Shown: piece after piece, positions 8,714-19,200 of the stretch
Numbering within the stretch: position 1 is the first letter of the stretch
Layout of the letters: every line of letters starts with the position of its first letter
Origin: Pseudomonadota bacterium
GTDB taxonomy: Bacteria; Pseudomonadota; Alphaproteobacteria; Caulobacterales; Caulobacteraceae
Direction of reading: 5' to 3'
DNA: 63,445 bases
NCBI GenBank assembly: GCA_023433655.1
Contig: JAEYUE010000123.1
Coordinates: 1 to 63,445, forward strand
The notes under the pieces: generated by a model
Seen by the model: the letters and a program-made list of their open reading frames with translations, nothing else
Database searches by the model: none
Told to the model about the DNA's origin: nothing
Made by a program: the position numbers and the translations under genes

Positions 8714-11700
8714 TGTTTTATCCATGATTTTGGATACCAACTATCATATCCCCCAAAAGCGGGTGAAATATTAAACCAAGTTGTGTTCAACTGGGACGGA
8801 TCTGAAAGCCAGTAGCCATTGCTATTATCTAATGTAGCAACGCCGTTTGTAATCAACACTCCACCTGGCCGTCGAACTTCAAAATGAAGATGAACATCTG
8901 ATGTACCTGTATTTCCCATATGCGCTACTGTATCACCTGCTGATACTGTGGATCCTACACTCAAGCCTGTAACAGGCTGATAAGTACTACCACTATCATA
9001 TGTTTCTGCCTGAATATGAAAATAAACTGCATAATATTTCCTGGAATCAATTGTATGTTCAATGATCATGGCATAACCAGGAGCAGTTCGAGTGCTATTC
9101 GCGATGATTCCAACAACTTTTCCATCCCCAACAGCCCATAATTGTGTTCCTTCTCTATTATAAATATCAACTCCTGCATGAGCACCAATCGGGCGGCCAG
9201 TTCCAGGATCTATGCTTTTCATCCATCCGATTTTCTCATCGTCGGATCCCTTTGGAACATCAGCATCTTTCTTGAAGGTATTGTGGTGTCCAAACTTTGT
9301 ACTCAACCTTCCACTTGTCGGTTGGTTTTTTAGTAGATATACTAGCATCCGCTGATCAGGATGCGTATAAGTAGTTCTTCTTGGGTCGCAACCTTCCATC
9401 GAATCCTCACATATATAATGTCCTGTTGGATCATTATACATAATTGGGTTATTTCGTGTATAGGCGTAGCGATCGTAGTCTAAGGGATTGTACGGGTCTG
9501 GTACAATATCATCAGGCGACAGGAACCGGTTAAGATAAGGAGAATAATACCGGGCATTATAGTCTATCAACCCAAATCCAGCCTCATTGCGTTGTCCGGT
9601 ATACCCACGGTCAGTAGGCACATCCACATCCGACCATCGTTCTTCGCCAAATGGATAGTACCGCACGTTGGAAACAATATCACCATTCGCCCGCACCGTC
9701 ATGGCATTTGATGAAAGATGATCCACCAGAGCGAAAGTTAAATCTTCGTTCCCGTCAGAATCACGCCGTTCAATAGCAGTTATTTCACCGAACGAGTGAT
9801 AGAACGTTTCGCTGGTGACTGAACCGATTTCCTCAGTGGTTGTACTCCAGCTTGCATTGCCTGTTCTGTCGACGACTTTAACACAGAGTTTGGGGTAAGC
9901 GGGGTATGCCACAAACTCCATCTTTTCCAAAAGTGCCAATGGATAAACATTGTCATCTATTGTGGCGATGTTGTCTGGATTAATGGCTGGATCACAAGGC
10001 GCCCCTGTTTTTACAAAGCGAACATTGTATTCTCTGATTCCAGAACCGCCCGCGTTATCGCTCGATTTCCAAGATGCAAAAAATATTGCACCGGGATGAT
10101 CTGGAAGATCAACTACAGGCGCGGAAGGCGCTTCGCTATCAACCAAAACTTTTACATTCCTAGTCGCAACATTATTAAAACCATCAGAAATTTGGAAAGC
10201 GTAGGTGGTTTGATCGGGTGGCGGCGGGAACGTGCTTGCGCCATACTCACAAACAAACGTCGTCGTTGTTGCGTTATCTGTGCGCGTTGCATCAAACGTA
10301 GCCGTTTTCCCAAATGCGACAGGGCAGGTTACAGATTTTGCTTTTACAATTCCGCCCGGAACAATGGACGTATTTAGATCATCATCAGCAACAGTTATGG
10401 TTGCTTTTATGCCGGAAGTTTTATCACTCACATAGAATGAATTAATGGCAGTGTCTGCGGCAACACCATTTTGTGCTTCCATGTGAAAGCTGTACATCGG
10501 GGGGGTGGTGTCTTTAATGAGTTTAATTTTCGGCGCAACATACTCATATCCTGTAGGAGCATCCCCCAACTTAATGTCTTTTTCTATGTTAGCTTGACTG
10601 CCTGTGATTGAATACGTTCTTTCTACTTGTGAAATTTTGTCGGGCGTTATAATCGTTGCGTTATAAGCCGCCGCGCCAAACATATCCGGGAATGTCAATT
10701 GACTAATGGAAGGGAATAGGGGCAATCCGGTGTCTCCTTGCCCCGTTTTGGCCTTAACCGTAATTGAGCCAGTTGAGTATGGGCCATATCCGATTACCCA
10801 ATCACCGCCGCTTTCGGAGTATGCCGCAACGCCAACCGCATCTGTTGTGACGATTTCGGTGATCACTGGGGTCGCTTTGAACCCACCATTGTAAATATAT
10901 TTAAATGTTTTTGGAGAGGACGGTGAATTTCCCGCTTGGTCGACCGGGTATATTGACAAACACCAAGACCCATTTTCTGTAACTGGTGAGGGTTTCCATG
11001 TCGCATAAGTGGGATCGACTGGATTGGGCTTGTAGTAATGGGTGAGAAATGTTGTTTGATCAGTTGTATAGTCGCTTTTTGTCCATTCTTTGGTCTGTTT
11101 AACTACAGCAGGACACGTCCCATCTGTGTTTGCTTTCAGCCAGTATATGTCGTACTGGGCAGTGGGATCAGATGATTTCGCCCATTTAAAGACTGGATCA
11201 TTGTAATTTGTGCCTTGAAAAGTGGGATCAAGGTTCGCGTCCGGGAAACGATTGAGACTATCTGTAATTTTGGCAGTAGACGGCAGGGTTGGATAGACTG
11301 TATCATAGATGTAGGTAAAAATTGCACCTTCAGTCGATGATTTATTCCCGTTTTTATCTATGGACTGGACAAATAAACGATATTGACCATTTGAAATTGA
11401 TGTCGCTCCTTCGGGAATTGGCCCTTCGATAGTAGTCGAAAGTGAAGAAGATGATTTAACTATGGTTGGGAAACTTTTCGTGATGTCGTCGTAATACCAT
11501 TGATATTCGTATTTTGAAAATCCAGAACTCGGTTCGGCATCAGAAAAGTCACTTAGGTATAGTAAATATAACTTTTTCTTTGTTGGGATGCCGCTCACTA
11601 TCTCAGACGGATTGACCGACTGAACTATTGGGCTATTGGGTTTTACAGTATCCACACTGACAGTGCGCGTTGTGAAATCCGCAGGTGTATTCCCGGCATA

Positions 11701-13158
11701 ATCTGTGGCTTTCGCTCTCACCGTAAAAACTTGATCTTCATCCACAGTAATGCTACAGCTAGAGATACCGACATTACTGCTACTACTACACTCATTTGAG
11801 TAAATTTCCCCAGAGTAATAGCGTGCATTAATTGCAATGGACTTAACACCACTGCCGCCGATATTATCACTGGCTTGAGCAACAATCGTATTGCCATTTT
11901 GAACAGTAATGCTGTTGATGGTAGGGGCTGTGCCATCTATTTTGACGCTTCCACAAGGAGTTATATTACTCCAGTTTCCAGCACGATCTAATGATCGGCA
12001 ATACAATGCGTCATTCTGAGTGGCTTTCAGTTTAGTGCTATTGTAAATGTGCCGGATGACACCGTTTTCGTTGAAATCCCAGTTCTTGTCATTTATTCCT
12101 GGGTCAGCAATATCAGCAAGATACCAATCCACCTGATTGTATGATCCGTAGGTGTGAAAAAGGCCGCTCCCACCTGTGTCTTCGCCGGAGATCGTTAGTG
12201 TATCCCCGTATTTGTTCCATCCACCATTCGGGCCAAGACCTGAAACAGATGTAACTGTAGGTAGAACGCTATCGTAGGCGGTATTAACAACCATGTAATA
12301 TGTCAACCCCGTTGGGTTGTAATAGGTTGTTTTTACCGGATTATTTGAATTCCAGACACTAAATGCAATTAGGTTATCTCCATAAAAGAAACCACTGCTG
12401 TCAATATCACCTAAATACCATCGGGTATCACCTGTTAGTGTTGTGCTATTGTTGGTAGACAGATTATCTTCTTTGCCGTTGATCCAGAGTTTGTAGGAAT
12501 TATCGGCCCAAATGTCAATTTTTGTGTTGTAAACGTATTGGCCTTTGGGGATGTATACTTTGCGCCGATGTAATTTGACGCTGTTCCCTGATTGATACTC
12601 GCTGAATAGAATGGCATCGCGTTCAGATGTATCAGCCCCGCCGTTTACAAAACAACCCCATTCATAAAAATCATCACTTAATCCTGGAATTTCATCATCA
12701 TTCCCTCTGTATAAGTCTTCAAGATAATCCCATAATCCTGGAAAATTTAGGTAATCTTTATAATCCCAATAACGAACCATCTCTCCAGGTAAAAACCCCG
12801 TCCACCCGCGAGAGGTTTTTTGATTGCCCCACCCATACGGGTTTTTTGTGGGATCGCTAGTATCATAATTGACATCAGAAAACCAGTTCGCGTAAGGCCC
12901 AGAAGTGGGGACGAAGTTGACATTGTCATGTGCAATAGCGGTATTCATAGATAAGACTCTGGCGGTGATTGGTGCATCATCAATCGCCAAGGTGCAATTA
13001 TCGGGGTCTTCAATGTTTACAATAATTCTTTTTGCGTGATTAGGCGTAGGCGTCTGAGCTTTGACAACATCCAAATTACCAAAAAGCATAGAAAAAATTA
13101 ATACCGAGTTGAGAACAATATTGAAAACCAGTTTAATTTTTCGGGAATATTTATTCAT
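8710..13158 (-). CDS. Secreted protein: Ig-like stalk + RHS-associated core + C-terminal M23 peptidase tip
   Basis: Signal peptide (VKA-Q); repeated D(T/G)xxP / DxAGN Ig-like units; core VDHLSS...YYPFG...GYTGQ...ARYY...RFLSPD...NNPIMYNDPTG; M23 motifs HAGVD and HLHFE. Confidence 0.88.
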   Translation of the reverse strand: MNKYSRKIKLVFNIVLNSVLIFSMLFGNLDVVKAQTPTPNHAKRIIVNIEDPDNCTLAIDDAPITARVLSMNTAIAHDNVNFVPTSGPYANWFSDVNYDTSDPTKNPYGWGNQKTSRGWTGFLPGEMVRYWDYKDYLNFPGLWDYLEDLYRGNDDEIPGLSDDFYEWGCFVNGGADTSERDAILFSEYQSGNSVKLHRRKVYIPKGQYVYNTKIDIWADNSYKLWINGKEDNLSTNNSTTLTGDTRWYLGDIDSSGFFYGDNLIAFSVWNSNNPVKTTYYNPTGLTYYMVVNTAYDSVLPTVTSVSGLGPNGGWNKYGDTLTISGEDTGGSGLFHTYGSYNQVDWYLADIADPGINDKNWDFNENGVIRHIYNSTKLKATQNDALYCRSLDRAGNWSNITPCGSVKIDGTAPTINSITVQNGNTIVAQASDNIGGSGVKSIAINARYYSGEIYSNECSSSSNVGISSCSITVDEDQVFTVRAKATDYAGNTPADFTTRTVSVDTVKPNSPIVQSVNPSEIVSGIPTKKKLYLLYLSDFSDAEPSSGFSKYEYQWYYDDITKSFPTIVKSSSSLSTTIEGPIPEGATSISNGQYRLFVQSIDKNGNKSSTEGAIFTYIYDTVYPTLPSTAKITDSLNRFPDANLDPTFQGTNYNDPVFKWAKSSDPTAQYDIYWLKANTDGTCPAVVKQTKEWTKSDYTTDQTTFLTHYYKPNPVDPTYATWKPSPVTENGSWCLSIYPVDQAGNSPSSPKTFKYIYNGGFKATPVITEIVTTDAVGVAAYSESGGDWVIGYGPYSTGSITVKAKTGQGDTGLPLFPSISQLTFPDMFGAAAYNATIITPDKISQVERTYSITGSQANIEKDIKLGDAPTGYEYVAPKIKLIKDTTPPMYSFHMEAQNGVAADTAINSFYVSDKTSGIKATITVADDDLNTSIVPGGIVKAKSVTCPVAFGKTATFDATRTDNATTTTFVCEYGASTFPPPPDQTTYAFQISDGFNNVATRNVKVLVDSEAPSAPVVDLPDHPGAIFFASWKSSDNAGGSGIREYNVRFVKTGAPCDPAINPDNIATIDDNVYPLALLEKMEFVAYPAYPKLCVKVVDRTGNASWSTTTEEIGSVTSETFYHSFGEITAIERRDSDGNEDLTFALVDHLSSNAMTVRANGDIVSNVRYYPFGEERWSDVDVPTDRGYTGQRNEAGFGLIDYNARYYSPYLNRFLSPDDIVPDPYNPLDYDRYAYTRNNPIMYNDPTGHYICEDSMEGCDPRRTTYTHPDQRMLVYLLKNQPTSGRLSTKFGHHNTFKKDADVPKGSDDEKIGWMKSIDPGTGRPIGAHAGVDIYNREGTQLWAVGDGKVVGIIANSTRTAPGYAMIIEHTIDSRKYYAVYFHIQAETYDSGSTYQPVTGLSVGSTVSAGDTVAHMGNTGTSDVHLHFEVRRPGGVLITNGVATLDNSNGYWLSDPSQLNTTWFNISPAFGGYDSWYPKSWIKQ

Positions 13159-13188
13159 GAGGATTTACCTTTTTAGGAAGATTGCTTT

Positions 13189-13232
13189 TTTGCGGAGGTT
13201 TTTCCCATGAAGTTTGGTCAAACCTCCGCAAA
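13189..13232. promoter_or_regulatory. Intergenic stem-loop between the two RHS half-genes
   Basis: TTTGCGGAGGTTT-N18-AAACCTCCGCAAA; followed by an A-run rather than a U-run on the coding strand. Confidence 0.6.
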
Positions 13233-13245
13233 GAATGCCGAGTTT

Positions 13246-16200
13246 CTAGTGTTTTTTGTCGTCCAGCGCCGTAGTAACGGGGGAAGAAACGCCAGTACCT
13301 GTTACTATTTGCTTTTCGTATGAGCCATTTAGGTAAACTGTTGTCACTTCGACAGACCGCCCTAAGGAATCTTTTATCCTCTCTACTCGCAGGATACGGT
13401 TTTCGCTCGCCCCATAGGTAAAGGTGACTTCATGATCATAGGAAGACGGAGATGGGAGTGTGGCGGGTGGTGCAGGGGGTTTACATTCAGCGTCCCCTTG
13501 ACTATGACCCTTATCGTTCCAATAGACCTTTTTTAGAAGATTATCAGCTGTCCATTCCTGGTGATACGTAACGCCATCTTCTGTGCGGCAGACCATATTA
13601 CCATTTTGGTCATAGGTATACTTTGTCCCATTCCCCGCTTCAATAACTGCGTGAGGTTTTGAATTATCGTATACGTAATCGAGGGTGAACGTCACCGCAC
13701 TTCCATCCTGTGTTAAGTTCTGCCGTCCAACGAAACGGCCTGACCAGGGAAAGGTTGATGCTTGCGGGTCTTCAGGATCGCCACCATAGATAAATTTTTG
13801 GTGGTAATTGGGGATATCGCCCATTGCATCAGCCCTTGCTGTTTTTAGACGGTTCATGGCATCGTAGGTGAAGATATGGGTCTGATTACCCCTGGCGGTT
13901 AGATCAGTCAGCTTGGTGATATTTCCACTCGCATCATATGCTTCATAGGTTAATTTGAATATATTTGCCCCATCAACTTTCTTGCCATATGCGATGGACA
14001 TCAATTTGCCGCCCAATATATCCGACCCCAGTGTTATCCCATCCACGACCTTAGACGCGTTTACATGATAAAAGCCCTTTGTTTGGAACAGGTTTTCAAA
14101 ACCAAAAGGTAAATATCGGTTGCGCCCATACTCATCAAACGCAGTATCTTGCCCGCCAATTATGTAATTACCAGTCGAGTCAGAAGATCGGTGAAGGGCG
14201 ATTGAGCGACCTTCATCATCCCGGATAATAGTGTTTATATGATTCATACCCGGATACGTAAGACTCTGAACTTGACCATCGAAGTAATAATCAAATTTCA
14301 TTTCAAAATTACCCATGCCCGGTTTCACATCATTGATAAGTTTCAGAGCATAATATTGGCTTGTGAGACGTCCGTGCATATCATAAGCCATATAAATAGA
14401 ACCAGCCGGGATTTTGACCGCTACAGTTTTACCATTTGGATATGTAAAGAATGAGGGAGAAACATCCGATGTTGTTGGGGGTGTATCATAAACATAGGAG
14501 AATGTGTTTTTAATATCCCCTGGATTTGTTGTTGGACAGGCACTTTCATCAACACCTGTCGTGCTGGCATCGTCAACCAAATCCGGGTGGTAAACGCCGA
14601 TAGTCCGTATTAACTCATCATAATAAGTACAAGTTTTCTGCCCATTCGCATCTTTTTGCTGAATTAGGTTGCCCATCACATCATAGGTGTACTCCCAAAG
14701 TCCCATATTCGGGTCATTCATGGTTTTCTTGCGCCCCATGAAATCGTAGGTGAAGGTGGTAGCATGGTTACTCGATGAAGTGTCGTTTGAACTCCACATG
14801 GGTCTAATTGCCGTTAAATTATTTTTTACATCATATTCATATCTTATTTCGGAAATCTGCGCCCCTGTATGCGCGAACCGTTTAACGATAGCCATTCGAC
14901 CGAAATTGTCTTTATAAGTCTTTTCAAAGTTTCCCGACGCATCTTTTGATGTTTCTACTGTATAAAGGTTATCATCCTCAATGTCAACATCGTAATCCTT
15001 TTCAACCCGGCTACCATTCGCCGCAACCACTGCAATTAATTGACCTGATGCATCATATACATTCCTACTGCTTGCCGGATTTTCACCAGGATGATCTGCT
15101 GGACGATCATAAGCGTTGCTCATGCCACTTGGAATATCATATGGGACTGATGTGCTTAGATTCCGCCCCAATTTGTCAAACGAAGAAAAGCTGATAATGT
15201 CGCGCCCGTTTATCGTTAATAAACCCGTGAAAACATCTACATCAGCAACAGATGAGATATATTTCCGCCCAAGCCCATCATAATAAGAGCGTGTTTCTGT
15301 GTACCGCCCTGTTCCAGCCGTATCAAACCACGATTTTATAGATATGTGCGGTGGGGTTACAGGATTTGTTGTTTGGTTGAAGTCGCTGTAGTTCGCTTCA
15401 TAGACGGGTTTTACTGTCAGAGATGGATCACCCAAATCTTGCTTTTTAATGAGTTTTGTTCGTCCGAAAGCATCATACTCGGCCTCAAGGATCGCACCGC
15501 GAAAATCTATTTCTTTGGTCGGTAGACCCAGATAGTAGCCATTTGATCCAGACAGATATCCAAGTGTGGTTCTCCAACCCTTTATCGCTGGCCCAGTCTC
15601 TTCCCAAGCGGCGACCGCATTTCCCATTGTGGAAATGTATCCCCAACGCTTTTCAACCGTCCCCTTTGTGGGTTGGAAAATAAGGGTATTCGTCCCTTCT
15701 TTGAGAAAAGTTTCATTTTTTATCTGATTCCCATATGCATCATACGTGGTGCGGGCATCAACATAAAGTGGATCAGCATAATTATTATTTCTAAACTCAA
15801 GTAAACGACGTGAAGCATAAGGGACACCTGACTGCGGCGTGCCAGGATTGTTATAGGTGCAGATTGAACTGCCGTTATAGATGGTGCATGAAGCGTCTAC
15901 GATATCGCTTGGTTGTGTATTGCAAGCAACAGTGTCACTACATTTGTATGTAATCGACGCGCCGGGAAGAGAAATTAGGTTGGTGATCGCCGTCCCATCT
16001 GTAGACTCGGATTGATTTGGTACGTAAATGGTTTCAACTTTCCTGTAAGCAGACCAAGTCTTCGGGTCATCAACATTTGCCCCTGCGTTGTAAACGCGAA
16101 TCAGAGTGCTTGTTTCGTTATTAAAACCGTCATATCCATTCTCGGTGTACATTCCCATGAAGTGATTAGACGTCTCAGCACCGTTTTTTCCGTAACCCCG

Positions 16201-19200
16201 AGATACTTCCCACTCTGGTCGCGTCCATGCCGATATTTGGTCAAGATAACATCCTGTCTGCTGGACGCCATATACATATGCTCTCGCACAGAACGTAGGC
16301 CAGTTTGGTAAATTTTTCACTTCAACTTTCTGTTGATTGTTAATCCAAGAAAGCAAAACTCCATTGCTGTCGTATGTTTTTACCTCTGCCACTTGCCCTA
16401 GCAGGTAATCTTGTTGATGGTATTTTGTTTCTACTCGGTTGCCCTTTTCAGCCCCTGTGAGGATTTCATTTGGTTTACCGTTGGCGGAATTAACTCCATC
16501 AAAGCTCAAGTTGGTAACTGTAACAACCGCGTGTCCCCAAAAATCGCTATTTATAGTGGTGAGGGAGTAATCATGCCCGTACAATCCGGCCTTTTCTGAA
16601 AGGCCATCAGGGTTTTGCGTATTTTTCGGTGAATTAACCCCCGGTTTTTCATACGAATATTTTGTCACGTATTTGTCCCCAAAAACCAAATCCTCTGTGA
16701 TCTGCATGAGAATACGGTAATGCGTGACAACCGGCACGGCCTTACATTCCTTCACATAGAGCCATTTCGTGGAAGTGTTCTTTAGTGTCAGAAAGGTGTT
16801 TTCTTGTGATCCTGCTCTCGGTTTGGCATCCGAGTGGATGAAAACCGTTGATGAGTAGTTGTCGTAACTGTGATATGCAGAAGCGGGGACGGAAACGGTT
16901 TCGCTTGTAAAGTTTGTGGTTGGCTGGCTCTGATCTGTTTCTGTTGTGATTTGATACGAGCCGCCGTCTTTTGCATTTACCGAGCAGGTGATATTGTATG
17001 CAGACCCCGGTTTATTTTCAACCGATCCAAGGTCGAATGTGCCACCCGCAGGGATGTGAAATTCTCCTGTTTTTAGGGTTTTCGCAGTTTTATCATCCCC
17101 TTTGGGTGCGGCATAGGGAAGGCCAGCGGGGGTACTTGGATCGAGATCTTCGTAAATAAATGTGACTACGCCGCCCTGACCATTATTGACCTGAGTTAAG
17201 TGCATGTGGTCGCGTCCATTTACTTTTGTTGTACCCCAGAGTGTTTGCTCACCATATTTAAAGGTGATGGGCGGTTGGCTGGCCTGGGCTTTTACACCAT
17301 ATTCCGTGATGCTTTCAAGAACCAGAGCCTTTCCTGTTGCTCCCGCTTTTTTCCATTCAAAGGTCGGGAATAAATTTGGCGTATTGGTCTGATCATTGTA
17401 ACCAAGCTGGTATTTATGGGTAATCACACCATCCGCGTAAACGACAATCGAATCGAGCTTCTTTGGCTCATACCGATATGTTGCGTTCTTTTGCGTATAC
17501 GTGTCACTAATATCTTTTCTATCGGAATAAATAAATTCTACTTTGTAATAATCGCCCGAATACTTTATTTCTTTCAGACGTAATGAAACGTCCATATTCC
17601 CTTCCAACGTTGCTCCATAGATATTTGAGAAAGTCTTGGGTATCCGGTCAAGATTGTCTATTTGCTCATACGTGAAGGTGATTACCTGCCCATTTGGGTA
17701 TTTCGTCTCGGTTAAGAACCATCCCCAAGGCTTATTGCGATAGGTATCGCCGGGTTCTAATGTATATGCCCGTCGATCAAAGGTAAACTGTGTCCCAACT
17801 TTATCCCAGACGACCCATTTATCATAATGGCATGGACTACCTTGGCTTGCGATGGTTGGACAGCCAGAATTGACAGGCGCGGTGGATGTGTTGGATGCGT
17901 CTAAAATGTATCTACGAATCTTCCAGAAATTCTGATTCATCGGCTGGTAGTCCATCCATTTTCCATCAGCCGCCTTGTTTACAGGAATCAATTGGGAGCT
18001 AAATCCACCGACCACCAGAGAGAATGTATCATCGACTTCGGAAATCTGGCTCTTTTGCGGATTGCGGAAAATCGAGCCGCCCGCATCCAGTGACCACCCG
18101 ATGCCAGTAATGCCGCCCTGCGAATTGATCTTTAACCCTTCAACCGACTGACTGCTGTAACTCAAACTAACAGAGGGAGCAACCCCTCCAGCGCCAGTTG
18201 GCACACTGATTGGGAAAGAGTAAGCCGCTGATCCGGTGAAACCAGATGTCTGTGCGGCATCCAGCGGTGGAGCAAGAAGTTTATCAAGGGAGTTCGTGTT
18301 GACACTAAACAAACTGAAATGGTTTGTTTTCGCCCGCAGGGTCAGTGTGGATTCGTCAAACCGCGTAATGAGGGGCATCCATTCATTGCGGGTTGTGTCA
18401 AAATAGGAAAGAACAAGTTGTGTCGCGTCAATGGGATAGAATGGGTCAAGGTACTTTGGATCAACAGGAACAATAAGTTCCGCTTCTCCATTGAGTTGGT
18501 GGATTTCAGTTGTGCCATCTGATGACTGAACGGCGATAATCTCATACATATCCTCAAATGGAGGAACGACTGTCATGTTATTGACTGTTACTGTTTGAGG
18601 ACTCCACACTGTAACATTAGCCGGTTCTGGTAATGCTGCCGGAGGAATGTTGACGGAAATTCCTCCGTTTGGATCAACCACTTCACCGCCGTCCGTGGAC
18701 GTGATCGGTTCTGTTCTTTTGGCGGTTAACTTAATAGGCATTGGCGAATGGATAATGGTTGTTCCATCCCGCAATTCAGCATAGATAACCGAATCCTGTG
18801 CAGTATCAGTTGTCATCAGTTGTAATGAGCCTGACGCCGCTGGGACAAGAATATCGAAGGTGTTGGCGGCGGAGTCGTAAATGCCATTCGCCGGAGTTTC
18901 CGGAGTAAAACCTGGAGGTAGAATAAAGCTTATCTTCCAGTTCGGTACTAGGGAAGGATTATATGGATCAGCATTAATCTGCCAATCGATTTCAACCAAT
19001 TCGCCAACTTTAAAATCGGGGGTAGCTGCTGATAGCGTTAGTTCGCAGTTACCAGCCGCGATACAAGAGGTCGCTGTAGGTGTAGATGTGGGAGTAGGTG
19101 TTTGCGTATTCGTGGGTGTAGGAGTAACCGTAGGTGTCGGTGTTGCGGTTTCCGGTGGCGTTATTGGGCTGATCTTCATCAAGATGACATCGGTTTTTGT

